A stretch of DNA of 64,000 nucleotides from Eledone cirrhosa (lineage: Eukaryota), in the NCBI GenBank assembly GCA_964016885.1, contig OZ024744.1, positions 68,882,001 to 68,946,000 of the forward strand, given 5' to 3'. Under the pieces are notes generated by a model, which had not been told where the DNA came from, made no database searches, and worked only from the letters and a program-made list of their open reading frames with translations. This document shows positions 40,231 through 53,200 of this stretch, in pieces. How positions within the stretch are numbered: position 1 is the first letter of the stretch; each line of letters begins with the position of its first letter. Position numbers and translations under genes: made by a program.

Positions 40231-42990
40231 TTCCTTGAATCTCAGTCATTGATGTTGGTTAACTGGAAAGTCCGTTGGATTGAATATCAAGCCACTACCT
40301 GCAGCCTCAGATATTCAGGACGTATCGGAGGGTTCTTGCTGTTCCAAGCAAGCATGCCTTTTGAAGCGTTCCAAAAAGCGTGAAGGGGCCGATTTTCTTT
40401 AACCATCCCTGGAAACCTTTGGAGATAGTCCCCAGTGCGCCTATGACAATCGGGATCACTTTGACTTCATGGCAGTTCCAAATCCTTTTCACCTCCCACT
40501 TTAGGTCCTGGTATCGGTTAATTTTCTCCCTCTCCTTCTCTTGCACTCTCGTGTCGAACGGGCAGGCCACATCCACAATCAGGCACGATCTTTTTTCTTT
40601 GTCCACAACCACCAGGTCAGGTCTATTGTGTTCCAGTTTTTTGTCCGTCTGTATCCTAAAATCCCACAGCACCTTCACCTGACTGTTCTCCATCACCGCC
40701 TCTGGCCTATGCTCATACCATTTCTCAGAATGTGGTAGATTGTTTACTTTGCACAGGTGCCAGTGGATCACCCTGCCCATCACATCGTGTCTCCAGCCCT
40801 TATAGTGGGTCTGGGCTAGGTGTTTACACTCGGACACAATGTGAGCCACAGTCTCCTCTCTCTCTCCACAGATCCTGCACAGTGGGCTAGCCTCCTCCTT
40901 GTAGATATGGTGCTTCAACCACTTCGTTTTGAGGGCCTGCTCCTGCGCAGCCATTAGCATTCCTTCTGTAGCCTTTTTGAGGTCTCCTCTTCTCAACCAG
41001 TTCCATGTCTGTGGATCTCTAAATTCAGTTTTCTCAAAGAAGGTACTATGAAGGGATTTTCCCTTAAGGCTGCTCTTCCTCCTTGATGTTATTTCCTCCT
41101 TGGATATCCCCTGGCCTACTGTCCCCTCCTTCAGTACAGCTCTGAGCATTGGCTCCTTACTATAGGTCACGTATTTGTATAGGTTGTTTTTCTCCATCTG
41201 AACACAGTCCTCTATGCTGATAAGACCTCTTCCACCCTCAGATCTCCTTAGGTAGAGTCTATCGACATCACTCCTCTTGTGGAACATGTTGTAGATAGTC
41301 AATAGCTTCCTAGTCTTCCTATCCATTTCTTTTTGTTCAGCAACATTCCATCTCAGAATTCCTGCACTGTACCTAATAATAGACACAGCTCGGGAATTTA
41401 CTGCGCTTATGGCATTTCTGCTGTTCAGATGTGACTTCAATACGCTCCTTACTCTCCGAATGTATTCAGTTCTTAACAATTCCTTCATTTTTTGGTTCTT
41501 TATGCCATCAGCCTCCAGAACGCCCAAATACTTGTATCCTTCCTCAGAGTCAATTTCCTTTATCATCTCACCTGTTGGTATCTGGATCCCGTTACTTCTG
41601 CTCAACCTACCCCTCTTCATCACAATGACTCCACATTTACCAATACCAAACTGCATACATATATCACTGCTGAAAATACGGACAGTGTCAACAAGCACAT
41701 CCAACTCCTTCTCACTTTTCCCGAAGAGCTTAAGATCGTCCATGAAGAGGAGGTGATTGATGGTAAGCTCTCCCCTTCCCAACTTGTATCCTGCTCTCAC
41801 TTTTCGCAGCATAATGGTCAAGGGCATCAGGGCAAGGACAAACAACAGAGCGGACAGGCTATCTCCCTGGAAGATACCTCTCTTGATCTTCACGCTTCCC
41901 AAGGATACTCCAGTTGATGTCAACTCTGTCTCCCAGGACCCCATACTCCTGCCCAGCAACTGTCTGATGTTATCTGCCACCCTGAAGATCTCCAGGCTTT
42001 TGGTGATCCAGGAATGAGGCACCATGTCAAATGCCTTTCTGTAGTCTATCCATCCCATGGCAAGATCAGTGTGTCTCCTCCTGCAATTCCCCATTACCAT
42101 CTTATCAATAAGCAACTGGTCCTTTGTACCACGTGACTTCTTTCGGCATCCTTTCTGTTCGTCCGGTAACAAGTTGTTTGTGTGGAGGTGATGGTAGATT
42201 TCCTCAGACACAATGCTCGTCAACAGTTTCCACATTACGGGCAGACATGTGATAGGTCTATAGTTGGTAACATCATTACCCTTGATTCGGTCTTTCATTA
42301 TCAGAACTGTGGTACCTTTTGTCAACCACTCTGGCACCTCACCCGACACCAAGCAGTCATTGAACATGGCCGTCAGCTTCGGGTGGAGGGATGTTAAATG
42401 TTTAATCCAATACCCCTGCACACCATCTGGGCCTGGTGATTTCCAGTTGGTTAGTTTTTTGGCCTGCCCCTTAAGAGTTTCAACTGTGATACTCAAATCA
42501 GTTTGTTGTTGTGCCTGCTCACCGATCTCCCTCTGTACTGTCTCAATCCACCCTGCCTGGGCATTGTGTCTAACATCCAGCTCCCATATTCCACTCCAGA
42601 ATGTTTTAGTTTGCTCCGCCCCAGGGATCAAGTCGTTGCCTCTTTCTTTCCCCTCAAGCTGTCCAAACAGCATCTTCTGGTTGTTGTCGAACATGCGGTT
42701 CTGTTTATACTGACTGACTCTGTTCTCGTATCGCCTGATTTTTGCACTCTTTGCTACAATGCGTTGCTTCAGTTCCTCTATGATAATATTTAGCTTTTTC
42801 CTCCTAGTTTTGTATTTTATTTCCAGTCTATTTTTAGTGCCTATGTTTTTTAGTGTCCCATTCAGTAGTGACTCAAGCTTTCCTATGTCATTTCTCATTT
42901 CCCCGATTTGCCCACTCAGTCGCTTCTTCCACCACGGCTCTGCTCTTTCTTGTCTGTTGTTTCCTCTCGCTTTTATACCAAGTAGTTTCC
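40231..42990 (-). mobile_element. R4/Dong-clade RLE LINE, 5'-truncated, 3' end in (TAA)n
   Basis: See the CDS below. A short 3'UTR is followed by (TAA)n at 40190-40230. Confidence 0.93.
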
Positions 42991-43027
42991 AATGCTCGTC
43001 AACAGTTTCCACATTACGGACAGACAT
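40307..43027 (-). CDS. R4/Dong RT + CCHC + restriction-like endonuclease (uninterrupted; first ~12 aa are junction artefact)
   Basis: [64 protein letters not shown] and KINRY. Confidence 0.9.
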   Translation of the reverse strand: MSVRNVETVDEHWKLLGIKARGNNRQERAEPWWKKRLSGQIGEMRNDIGKLESLLNGTLKNIGTKNRLEIKYKTRRKKLNIIIEELKQRIVAKSAKIRRYENRVSQYKQNRMFDNNQKMLFGQLEGKERGNDLIPGAEQTKTFWSGIWELDVRHNAQAGWIETVQREIGEQAQQQTDLSITVETLKGQAKKLTNWKSPGPDGVQGYWIKHLTSLHPKLTAMFNDCLVSGEVPEWLTKGTTVLIMKDRIKGNDVTNYRPITCLPVMWKLLTSIVSEEIYHHLHTNNLLPDEQKGCRKKSRGTKDQLLIDKMVMGNCRRRHTDLAMGWIDYRKAFDMVPHSWITKSLEIFRVADNIRQLLGRSMGSWETELTSTGVSLGSVKIKRGIFQGDSLSALLFVLALMPLTIMLRKVRAGYKLGRGELTINHLLFMDDLKLFGKSEKELDVLVDTVRIFSSDICMQFGIGKCGVIVMKRGRLSRSNGIQIPTGEMIKEIDSEEGYKYLGVLEADGIKNQKMKELLRTEYIRRVRSVLKSHLNSRNAISAVNSRAVSIIRYSAGILRWNVAEQKEMDRKTRKLLTIYNMFHKRSDVDRLYLRRSEGGRGLISIEDCVQMEKNNLYKYVTYSKEPMLRAVLKEGTVGQGISKEEITSRRKSSLKGKSLHSTFFEKTEFRDPQTWNWLRRGDLKKATEGMLMAAQEQALKTKWLKHHIYKEEASPLCRICGEREETVAHIVSECKHLAQTHYKGWRHDVMGRVIHWHLCKVNNLPHSEKWYEHRPEAVMENSQVKVLWDFRIQTDKKLEHNRPDLVVVDKEKRSCLIVDVACPFDTRVQEKEREKINRYQDLKWEVKRIWNCHEVKVIPIVIGALGTISKGFQGWLKKIGPFTLFGTLQKACLLGTARTLRYVLNI

Positions 43028-43133
43028 GTGATAGGTCTATAGTTGGTAACATCATTACCCTTGATTCGGTCTTTCATTATCAGAACTGTGGTACCTTTTG
43101 TCAACCACTCTGGCACCTCACCCGACACCAATA

Positions 43134-43193
<60 letters not shown>

Positions 43194-43205
43194 ATTATTA
43201 TTATT

Positions 43206-46200
43206 GGCGACCTACGTAGTAAATCGTATCATCGTGAGCTCCGCAAAGGTTTGTTATTTTCAGTTGTTTAAAATTGCCATTTATGGACATTTTTTATTGT
43301 TAACTGTATATAACTGCACATACATTGTTTTCTGAAAAGGACACCCAAAAATATTGGGGCCTTGAGCCCAAAATTTAAACTTTTATAATTATCAAACAAA
43401 AATTTTTCTTTGAAAAATCATGGACGACTCAAAGTCACACCTTCCTCACAAACTAACACCTCACACCGACACCACCATTGTAAATATTACTACGTTTGCC
43501 AACACTATTTCCCGCCATTACCAATGACTGCAGGTGTTAAAGCCGCCACCCCCACCACCACCACAGCGACAACAGAAACAAAAGAAAAAATAAATTAACT
43601 CGTGATATCGAAATGATTTCAACCAAAATGAACTCTTCCTCACCTAACACCACTGACGCCACCACCACCACAACTGAAACTAAAATTAACAATAAAAAAA
43701 ATAACGTTAACAACAACAGCAACAATGAAATTAAGAAAACCACCCTGAGTTTTGCCAGAGTAGCAAAAAAGTGCGAAGCATTCCTGGTAACTCCTGAGGA
43801 ATTAGAAGAAGCCCCCCAAAATGGTAAAGAAAGATGGGTACAGGGTCAGGCTCATCCCCCCCCCCTACACACACAAACCTAATAAAATGGAGCATCGGCG
43901 CCTATGCACGGTGTCTTATCGGACGATTAATATAAAATCGCACCAAGTGGAACGGGCATCCGAGTCCCAAATCCAAAAAGCTTTGGGACATATATGTGTG
44001 GGCAAAAAACCCCACATCAGACGTGGGCAGAAATATGGAACCGTGGACGTGTTCTTTGAAACACCACAGGAGGTCAGAGAACACAGCATGGTCCCATTAA
44101 GAAGTGACGAATTCACACTCGTCCCAAGCTATTGTGGCCAGAGACTCGTGAAGATCAGGGTGACCCACGTTCCACCGGCCATCGAAATCCCCTGGCTAAT
44201 AGCTGCCGTCCTCGCCGGCATCAAAGCCAACACCAAGATAATCGAAATAGCGAAAGAAAATCAGGAGAACTGGTCTGGATCTGGAATGAAGCTCCTGATC
44301 CAAGTGGACCAAAAAAGCATTGAGGAGATCCCAGAGGTAATAGACCTCAGTGACGGCAGCCACCTCACCGTAATCGTCGAGGGCCGAAGGCCTAGGTGTG
44401 TCGTTTGTGGTGAAGGAACCCACTTAAGGGCTTTCTGCCCTCAGGCTAAAAGGTTGAGGCCACCTCTCTTACCCACCCCAGTGACTCAACCATCAATACC
44501 ACCAGCAGCAGAGATGGCAGCAACAACAGAAGCAACTGTAACAGCAACAACCCCAGCAACAGTAGCAAAACCAACACTACCACCACCCAACGCGACAGAA
44601 CTAGCACCAGCGCCTACACCATCCACCACGCCACAACCAAAACCAACGCCTGTGGAGGATTTTCCACTCCCCGGCCTATCACAACTGGAGACAGATTGTG
44701 ACGACGAGGAGTGGGAAACGGTATCAATAAAAAAGAAAAAAGAAACCAAAAAAGAAAAAATTCTCTTCCCTCTCCCTCCAAAAACAAAATACAGAGGGAA
44801 ACAAATAAACTATCAAACAAAAATGTTAGGACAGATATGCCACCATTCACACCAGCTTCACCAACCCAATCACCAGAATCACACCAAAACCATCACCATC
44901 ATTAACCCCAACACCACCATCACCAACACCACAAAAGTCACCAAAAAGCGAAACAGAAACAAACCCACAACAAACGCAAACAAAACCAAACAGCCAAAAC
45001 GATACACACTACACAGCATTAAATTTGAACAACAACCAATTATTACACTACATCAAACACAACACCAGCATCAAAGAAAAAAACTACACAACACCACAAA
45101 AGTTCACTCAACCTGCACACATACAAATCACTCGCATCAAACAGAAAACGTACACGACACTAAAACAAAAATTCACCAAAGTCATCGGAGATTTCCGACA
45201 AGCACTCTCCAGGAGGATTTATAAGGACATCCTTCCGGAGGAGGCCACAAGCAGTGAATAGGATGGAGAAACCATCCTTCCTCTACGAGAAGTAAGGTTA
45301 GTGGTCTTTCCCATCTTTTTCACTCCTTTTCAACATGATCTCACTCAGAATAGGCAGCATAAATGCGCGTGGCTTGGGTTCGTCATGGAAGCAGGGCCAC
45401 CTGCTCAACGACCTCAGGCCTCTAAACATAGATGTAGTGGCCATCAGCGAGATCAGAATCTCCGAAACACGGGCCTTCGCACCGATCTTCGGCGGCTGCG
45501 ATGTGTATGCATCTCCCAGCCGTCCTGGATCGCGGGGGGGGGGGGTTGCTGTGCTTTTTCGGAGAGGTTTGGTTCTCGCCATGCGGGCCATCTTCCTGGA
45601 CCCAGAGGGTTAGTTGGTGGTGCTAGACGTGACCAGCGGAGACGGGCAAGCTTTCAGGCTAGTGGCCGTCCATGCCCCGCCAGGAGCAGGGCGGCCTGAT
45701 TTCTTCCGGCGTCTGGTGACCTTTCTTGGAACGTCCCGCTCTTTAGTGTTAGTGGGCGACTGGAACGGGATCTTAGATGCACTCTGGGACTGTGTGGGAT
45801 TAGCGGATAGGGGAGGAGGGTGCAAGAGCCTCACCAACCTGCTCAGGCGTTTTGAACTGTCTGACAGGTACCGATTGGATTTCCCGAATGTGCCAATGTG
45901 GACTTGGACAAATCGCATAGGGTCATCCAGATCATATCTAGATAGAGTATTTTGTAGGGAAATAGATAGGTCTAGCATAGGCTGTCCACAATTCAAGATA
46001 GTCAGCTACACGGACCACAAATTCGTGATCTGTGTGCTTGACTTAGATAGGCTTCATAGACGAGGACCCGGTTACTGGAAGCTAAACGCGTCCTTACCAG
46101 CGCGCAAGGCCTACAGAGACCGGATTAGCGAACTAGTTAAGCAGGCGTTGACGGGGGCCATCGTCAACAACAAGTGGTGGTTTGCTCTGCAAAGAGCGAT

Positions 46201-49005
46201 TAGAATAGAATCGATTAGGTTTAGTAAGGCTTTAGCAATAGAGAAAAATAGAGCAGAGAGAGAACTAGTTAGAAAATTAGATGAGGCGCTTAGCAAAGGC
46301 ATTGCGACCGACGTACTTGCGGCGAAATTGGCCCTTGACCAATTCTTCAATGCAAAACACGAAGGCTGCGTTGTCAGAGCAAGGGTGCGTGCTCTCAGAC
46401 ATGAGAGGACGAAAGCCGTTCAATGGGCCCGAGTGGCGGAGGCGCGTCGTGGCAACAAAGCCACGATCCGGTCTTTGGTGGACCACGACGGGCGCATGCT
46501 ACTCGATCCCGGGCAAATGTGTGAAGCTTTTCAGCGACACTTTTCTCAGCTGTTCGGGGACAGCGGTGGGCCGGGTCGAGGGATGGACTTTAGTGTCTAC
46601 CTCGACGGACTGCCGCGGCTCTCGGCCACTGAAGCGAAGTGTTGCGAAAAGCCGATAACAGCCGCTGAAGTAAGGGAGGCAATGACTGGCTGCACAAGAG
46701 GTAAATCGCCTGGTTTGGATGGTCTGCCCTATGAACTTTACGTACAGATGCCAGACTTGTTCGGAGGCCTCTTGGCGGACGTCTACTGCAACTGGCAACA
46801 GAACGTGAGAATTCCCAGTTCTGTGAGCCGAGGAGCAGTGGCACTGCTGAGAAAGGATCCGAACAAGGGGGATAACATAGATAATTTCCGGCCCATAACT
46901 CTGCTAAACACAGAGTTCAAGATTTTGGCCAAGGTGCTAGCAAAGAGGTTGGCGCTTGTCGTTGGTGGTCTGGTGGGAGAGGCGCAGAAATGCGCCATTC
47001 CCGACAGATCCATCCACGACAACCTCCACCTCATGCGATACATCGTAGAGAGGGTAGCTAGGGAACCTGGCACGGGTGGGTCCTTGATCAATTTAGATCT
47101 GTCGAAAGCTTTCGATAGGGTCGACCATCGTTACCTAGCGGCAGTCCTGAGGGCGGCTGGCTTTGGGCCCGTCTTCAGAGGCTGGATCGTGGCCATGCAC
47201 AGCGACATCTGCTCTGTGGTGAGAGTGAACGGTCACCTGTCGGAACCGTTCAACATCATGCGCTCGGTCCGCCAAGGATGTCCCCTCTCGTCCCTCTTGT
47301 ACGTATTGACTCTCGAGCCATTACTGCACAAACTGGAGACGTTGAGGGGCGTCCTGCGCGAACTAGGATGCGGAAGATCCGTGTCAGCATATGCGGACGA
47401 TGTCACCGTAGTGGTGTCGAACGCCAAACACATCGAGGCGATCGGCACTACACTAAGAGAATACGAAGCGGTGACAGGAGCAATGATCAACCAGGAAAAG
47501 TCAGTGGGTCTGCAGCTCGGCACCTGGAGAGGCATGTCCATGCTGTCCAACAGCGTCGTCGGACGCTGGACGGACGGACCGGTTAAATTGCTAGGGGTCT
47601 GGTTCGGTCCGGACCTCCAGACGGACAAAAACTGGGACGTGGTGACGAGCAGGGTGGCTTCTCTCATCCAGAAATGGGCGGAGATGAAGCTATCCCTGAA
47701 AGGTCGAGCGGAGGTGGCTAACGCGTACATCGCGTCTGTCATCTGCTACCGCCTGACCGTCGTACCTTGTCCTAAGCCTCGCCTGACTGCGCTGGAGCGT
47801 TTGCTCTTTCGCTTTTTGTGGAAGGGACGCGCTCCGATGGTCAGGCGGTCCATCTGTTGTCAACACCCGCTACGTGGAGGGCTGGGCATGCCGTGGCTGA
47901 TGATGCGCAGGCACGCGCTCAGGCTACGACATCTCCACCTCTTCCTCGACGGTGATCAGGTGTGGTCGCCGTTTGCTAGACACGTATTTCCCCAGCTCGT
48001 TTCTTTGACGGAGCTGCAGTCCTGGGTCAAGCGAAGACCGAGAGGGAGCGCCTGGAGACTGGAATGTCTTCAGGCGCTCACAGCCCTCGACCAATCGGGC
48101 AATGTGATCGGTGGAAACTCCACCTCGGCGTTCTATAGAGGATTAGTGGAGGGGAAGAGCGACGACGTACTTGGGGAAACTCTAGGCGTCGACGAAAATC
48201 AACTAGCCAATCTCTTCGGAAGAACTTTCGGGCCGGGGCCTATGGACAACTTCCAGAAATCTCTGGCCTGGCAGTGCTACCGAGGAGCCTTGCCAGTTCG
48301 GGATAAACTCTACAGGCATGGAGGTACCGTCAGCCGGGCAGGTCCGAGATGCGCACAGGGCGACGAAACCGTCCTGCACGCACTCGTCCAGTGTCCGAAA
48401 ATTGCTGACTTGTGGGTTTATGTCGAACACCTGCTGTCGCGTGTAGGACGGATCCGGCTATCATCTGAGTCCATCGTGAGGATTTCCCCGCACTCCTCCT
48501 TTAGCCGGGAAGGGCAGGCAGTTTTTATTTGTCTGGTGGCCATGGCGAAAGAGATAGTATGGTGGACACGTTTGAAACGGCTGAAGACTAGCACTTACCT
48601 CTTCGGTGATGCTCTGATTGACTTTTTCAAATTTCATTTGAAAAGGAAAATCAGAGTAGAGAGGGAAGTGCTCTCTTCCCAGCATTTTGTTGAAAGATGG
48701 GTGAGAGAAGCAAGAATGGCCCGAGTGAATGGGCCTACTCTGAGTATATATCTGTAAATTAAAGTTGGAAAACTGGGAGAGGGCACTTGCCTTGGTGGTC
48801 AGGGTCACTGTGGCTTTTTACTGGGCTTTCTCCACAAATGTCCCTCCGAAGTCTCCCCCTATTGGGGAATTTTTCATTGTTATTTTTTTGTTACATCCTC
48901 TGTTTTTGTTTTTTACACGCAGAAATGCCCATTTGTACCGTCCTGTATTTCCTGTACTGTCCTTAATGTCTACTTAATGTAAACCCGTGTGGTTAATAAA
49001 GAAAA
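43206..49005 (+). mobile_element. L1/Tx1-clade LINE, full length, young
   Basis: ORF1 (about 43420-45300, frameshifted) has CVVCGEGTHLRAFC. ORF2 runs 45335-48757. The 3'UTR has AATAAA. It is flanked by (TTA)n at both ends. Confidence 0.95.
45335..48757 (+). pseudogene. Tx1 ORF2 (APE-RT-zinc knuckle) with a single in-frame TAG at 45611-45613
   Basis: ORFs 45335-45613 and 45614-48757 are in the same frame. The sister copy has AAG at the equivalent codon (39551). Motifs GDWN, TDHK, NFRPITLLN, DLSKAFD, RQGCPLS and YADD. Confidence 0.92.
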
Positions 49006-49018
49006 CATTATATGATCG

Positions 49019-49052
<34 letters not shown>

Positions 49053-49163
49053 TATGATTATTATATTATTATATGAGCATTGCATGAACACACATTATAG
49101 CAGTAGCTTGTTGACAATTCATATGAAGCACGTGGTTAGACAAACAAACTTAAAATATAATAT

Positions 49164-49344
49164 AATTGTTTCTACGTTAGGCACAAGGCCAGCAATTACC
49201 CAGTGCATTACTGGTACTTTATGTTATCGACCCCGTAAGGATGAAAGGCAAAGTTAACATTGGCGGGATTTGAACTCAGAAAGGCAAGGGCCGTAACTCT
49301 ATACGTCAAAGCATAGCGTCCGACCCTCTACCAATACTGCCAAT
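49164..49344 (-). mobile_element. SINE (family of 36234-36424)
   Basis: Reverse complement of the nearly full-length SINE. Confidence 0.88.
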
Positions 49345-49869
49345 ATAATATAATATAACATGACGTATAAAATATACAAGTGTACAGACCGAAAAAGTAA
49401 TTCTGCCCAGCGCAACTGTGAATCTTTAAACTCATACATGTGTTCCTTAACTAAACAAAATAGGGACCATATGGTGTAGCTCCGCAAAAATTAAACAATG
49501 ACGATAAACACATACGCACCAAATGATGACGTAAAGGGCACACATAGTGGATAACTCCCTGTTACTCACTACTAAATACGTTTCTAAGGCTAAGGAAGGG
49601 AGACTACTCTACCACTTCATCTATGAAATCAAAAATTCAAAAAACTCAAAAATTCAGACTGTAGAAAAAATAATAATAAACTCCTCCACCGTATATATTA
49701 GCTGTATTTCTAAGGCAAAGGAAGGGAGGTTATTCTACCACTTCATCTATCATATCAAAAATCCAATAGCAAATTCCTACACCGTGTATATTACCCAGAG
49801 TAACAATAACATTCGTGCATATACAAATAAATATTATCGGACCTATGTAAGGAGCTATGCTATTAACAG

Positions 49870-51372
49870 CTCTCCCAACCAGTCAAACTGATAATACGAA
49901 AGCCATTAAATCGTTATTAACCTAGTGTAAGTTTATATGACTATAATCAACTGTATTAAATTTATCATCCTGTTTGAGGAGAAAATGTGGACCCGGAAGA
50001 ACACACCTAATAACTTCGATATTACAATGGGATCTAGTGACTCAGCACAGGTCACTGATTTAGTTGGACCATACCTCCTCCATGAGTTACATACAACTTT
50101 TCCCTAGCTTCGCGGTGGGCTATACCGTGATGACGCCCTACTGACCCTTGAGTATAAAAAACACAACATTGAAAGAACTAGGAAGGACCTACATAAATTC
50201 TTTAAATGCTTCAACCTTTGTATTTTTTAGATGTAACCCTTGACTTAGAAAATAAGACCTTCACACCTTATCATAAACCTAACGAAAATCTGACATATGT
50301 AAATGCTAATCCAACCATCCTAAATCTGTCCTAAATGCCATTATTAAAGGCGTATCAAATAGGATTAGCCGACTGTCACACAGTGAGGACCCATTTAACT
50401 CTAATGTTGAATTTTATAATGAAGCTCTAGCAAGGTCTGGATATAAGAATAAGTTATATTACAAACCTAGTAACTCCCAAACCACGTGTGCAGGACCAAA
50501 TACTATAATTACGCATAAGATGTCTCTTAATAATAACAGTAATAGAGGTAAGACCCATATAGTAAATAATTCTGCCCGGCCACGGCGGAATAAACATACC
50601 GTGAACCCTCCTAATACCCATACTATTAATACTAATAGCGATGTTATAAGATCTAGAAACCAAGGACATAGAGGGGTCAGTGACTTGGGTAGGAACCTAA
50701 ATAACGTAGGGCAGCCACATCTGGTAAATTATGGCAATATTGGGCATTCTATGGGCAACCACTCACTTGGGAGGAAAACTAGAAAAAAATAGAAGAAGAG
50801 TAAACACATACTTTAACCCACCCTATACCTCTGAAATCGTAACCAACATTCCCAGAACCTTCTTCTCTATCTTGGAAAGGAACTTCCCGCCAGGCAGTAG
50901 ATATCATGGTATTATTAATAAAAATACGATTAAACTATCATATTCCACTACCCCTAACTTAGCTTCCCACTTAGCCCGCACTAATAATAGGAAAATTAGG
51001 GTAGGGTTTGAGACCATCAACTTTGTAAATAACCACCAACAACCTAACACATTGGGAAAAGAGTTCCCTGACGATGGTAACGACACACCAGATGTACAAA
51101 TAACATTTCGGGATAGTACAACCAACCAGTTCTCCCGATGCATGTTGAACAGTACAAACCTCAATTGTAATTGTAGACGGTGAGATAGTTGCCCTCTGAA
51201 GGGCAACTGCCTCATGAGGAATATAGTTTATGCATGCGATGTTATAACGGCTACCTCTACCAAAACTTACATTGGCTCAACCTCCACCTCCTTTAAGACA
51301 AGATACAACTCCCATAATTACACATTTAGATGTGATAGGCTCAAGCATACGACCTCTTTGGCCGGGTATGTT
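49870..51372 (+). mobile_element. Penelope-like element (Hydra-type), degenerate RT + GIY-YIG
   Basis: FDITMGSSDSAQVTDLVG, GGLYRDD, FLDVTL, YHKPN, YFNPPY, IKLSYS, CNCRR*DSCPLKGNC and IVY...YIGST. Confidence 0.88.
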
Positions 51373-51393
51373 TCAGACTGTCCCCACAGAACA

Positions 51394-51432
51394 TGAACCT
51401 GAAGATTGCGAAAGCATGAAAGTACTTGTTCA
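51394..51432 (+). ncRNA. Minimal type I hammerhead ribozyme
   Basis: tgaac-CTGAAGA-t tgc gaaa gca t-GAAA-gtac-TT-gttca. Stem III is the palindrome AGTACT. Confidence 0.7.
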
Positions 51433-51623
51433 ATTAACACTTAACATTTTATATATATATATATTTTTTTATTTAATTTAGGTTTGTTGGTTCACCACTG
51501 GATAGAATTGATAATTCCGTATGGTCAATCTTGATGTAATATTATGGAGAGTACTCAACGTAGTGCAGTTCACCCGTCTTCGTTTGTGTAGTTGGTGGTG
51601 CTAATACGGCGTTAATTATTATC

Positions 51624-51903
51624 AATAACAGGAGGCTGGACTGGTGTAAATCCTTGAAAAGTTTATTATACTATGATCATTTCAATGACCGGGTTCCGTA
51701 TGAATCCGGTGATATCATCAGGTATTCGAAATATAACAAAGGAATATATAAAATCCATGGGTCCGAAAATCAGAGACAGAGAAGACGACTGACCAACTAG
51801 CTGCTTTCACCTCGGTCAGTCACCCTCAAGTGATGGCAACATCTGGTGAGGGAGAGAAAGCTTATAATGTACTACCACCTCTCCGCCAGAGAATAAAAAA
51901 AGA

Positions 51904-51996
<93 letters not shown>

Positions 51997-53130
51997 AGAA
52001 AAGTCAGCGTAAGGGTCACACTACAGTCATGCTAGAAGACGCCGCGAAAAATGTTATTCCAAAGAACCCATTTTTTAACAAAGGGAATTTGTCGGGAATA
52101 TTCGGATTTCGACAAAATTCTACGTATTATACTTAAGCATGTATTACATTGACTGAATTCTCTACTCTATACCTCAGGACTTTTTTGTGACTCACACTGA
52201 ATTCGGAGACCCGAACTTTACACTAGGTACGACCTGATACCATTCCATCTCTTCCATCCTCTATATCTATATGTACAACCTTGTATTATCTTACTGCAAC
52301 TTGATCTAGTTTGTATTTCCCCTTTGCTTTGATTCCTCCGATATGTTCTTATATATTTCCGTCTTACTACATCACTACCCTAGCTATGATGGCGTTTTAT
52401 TTATGTATTTTACTTTTTACTTTTTACCTTATTAATGTATTTTTATTAATGTATTTTTTATTTATTTTTTTATTTATTTTTTATCTTTGTATTTTTATCT
52501 TTGTATCCTGCTTTTATTTATTTGTGATTTTCTGCTTATTATTCCTTTCTCAGGTCATTATGCACCATTCATAGCTCCCTACCCACCAAAGAACCACACT
52601 ACTTATAACCTGGACTAACTGGGACTTAAAAATAATTATAGTCTATTGGCACTTTTCATTGGGTTTTACCACTTTCGACTGATGTGGTGGATATCCCGGC
52701 TGTGCCCCGGGCGCTCAGAAAGTTCAGCCTTCCTTGAGTGCTTGGAAAAATAAATTTCCCCTCTTTCGGTAAACGAAACTACTCGGAGCGGTAGATTTGC
52801 CCCGGGGCCCGCCGCACCTCCTGTTTTGACCGCCACATTATACTCATACCTATAAACTCTAGTTAGCTGTATCATGCCTTCCTCTGCTGGCACGTAAATA
52901 CCCCCCCCCCCTGTGTGAATTAATAGTATTCGTTTGGTATAGACGATGGCCTGTAGGAGCTGGTTGACTTCCCGCTAGCACACTTGAAGCCTATCGCAGT
53001 TACGTTCCTAGAGTACTCGGAAAAATTAATTTCCATTTATTTCGCTAGATTCATACGGAACCCGGTCATTGAAATGATCATAGTATAATAAACCTTTCAA
53101 GGATTTACACCATTCTAGCCTCCTGTTATT
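51624..53130 (-). mobile_element. ORF-less PLE-type element with hammerhead-bearing 3' end and ~83 bp inverted copy at the other end
   Basis: 51624-51706 is the reverse complement of 53048-53130. There is no TE ORF inside, and it contains (GAAA)n at about 51905-51995. Confidence 0.7.
51668..51725 (-). ncRNA. Type I hammerhead ribozyme
   Basis: Minus strand: atac-CTGATGA-tatcaccgg [13 nt] ccggtcatt-GAAA-tgatca-TA-gtat-AATAAA. Stem III is the palindrome ATGATCAT. Confidence 0.72.
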
Positions 53131-53200
53131 TTATATATATATATATAAAAGAAAATTTCGCTCTACATAGCTGAATACAATAAATGTTTTTTCGAATGTT

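Noticed and set aside
51181-51183. In-frame TGA inside the PLE Cys cluster (CNCRR*DSCPL) as possible selenocysteine
   Set aside because: It lies at a spacer position, not a conserved Cys position. It is simply explained by CGA>TGA, and the copy has other stops and frameshifts.
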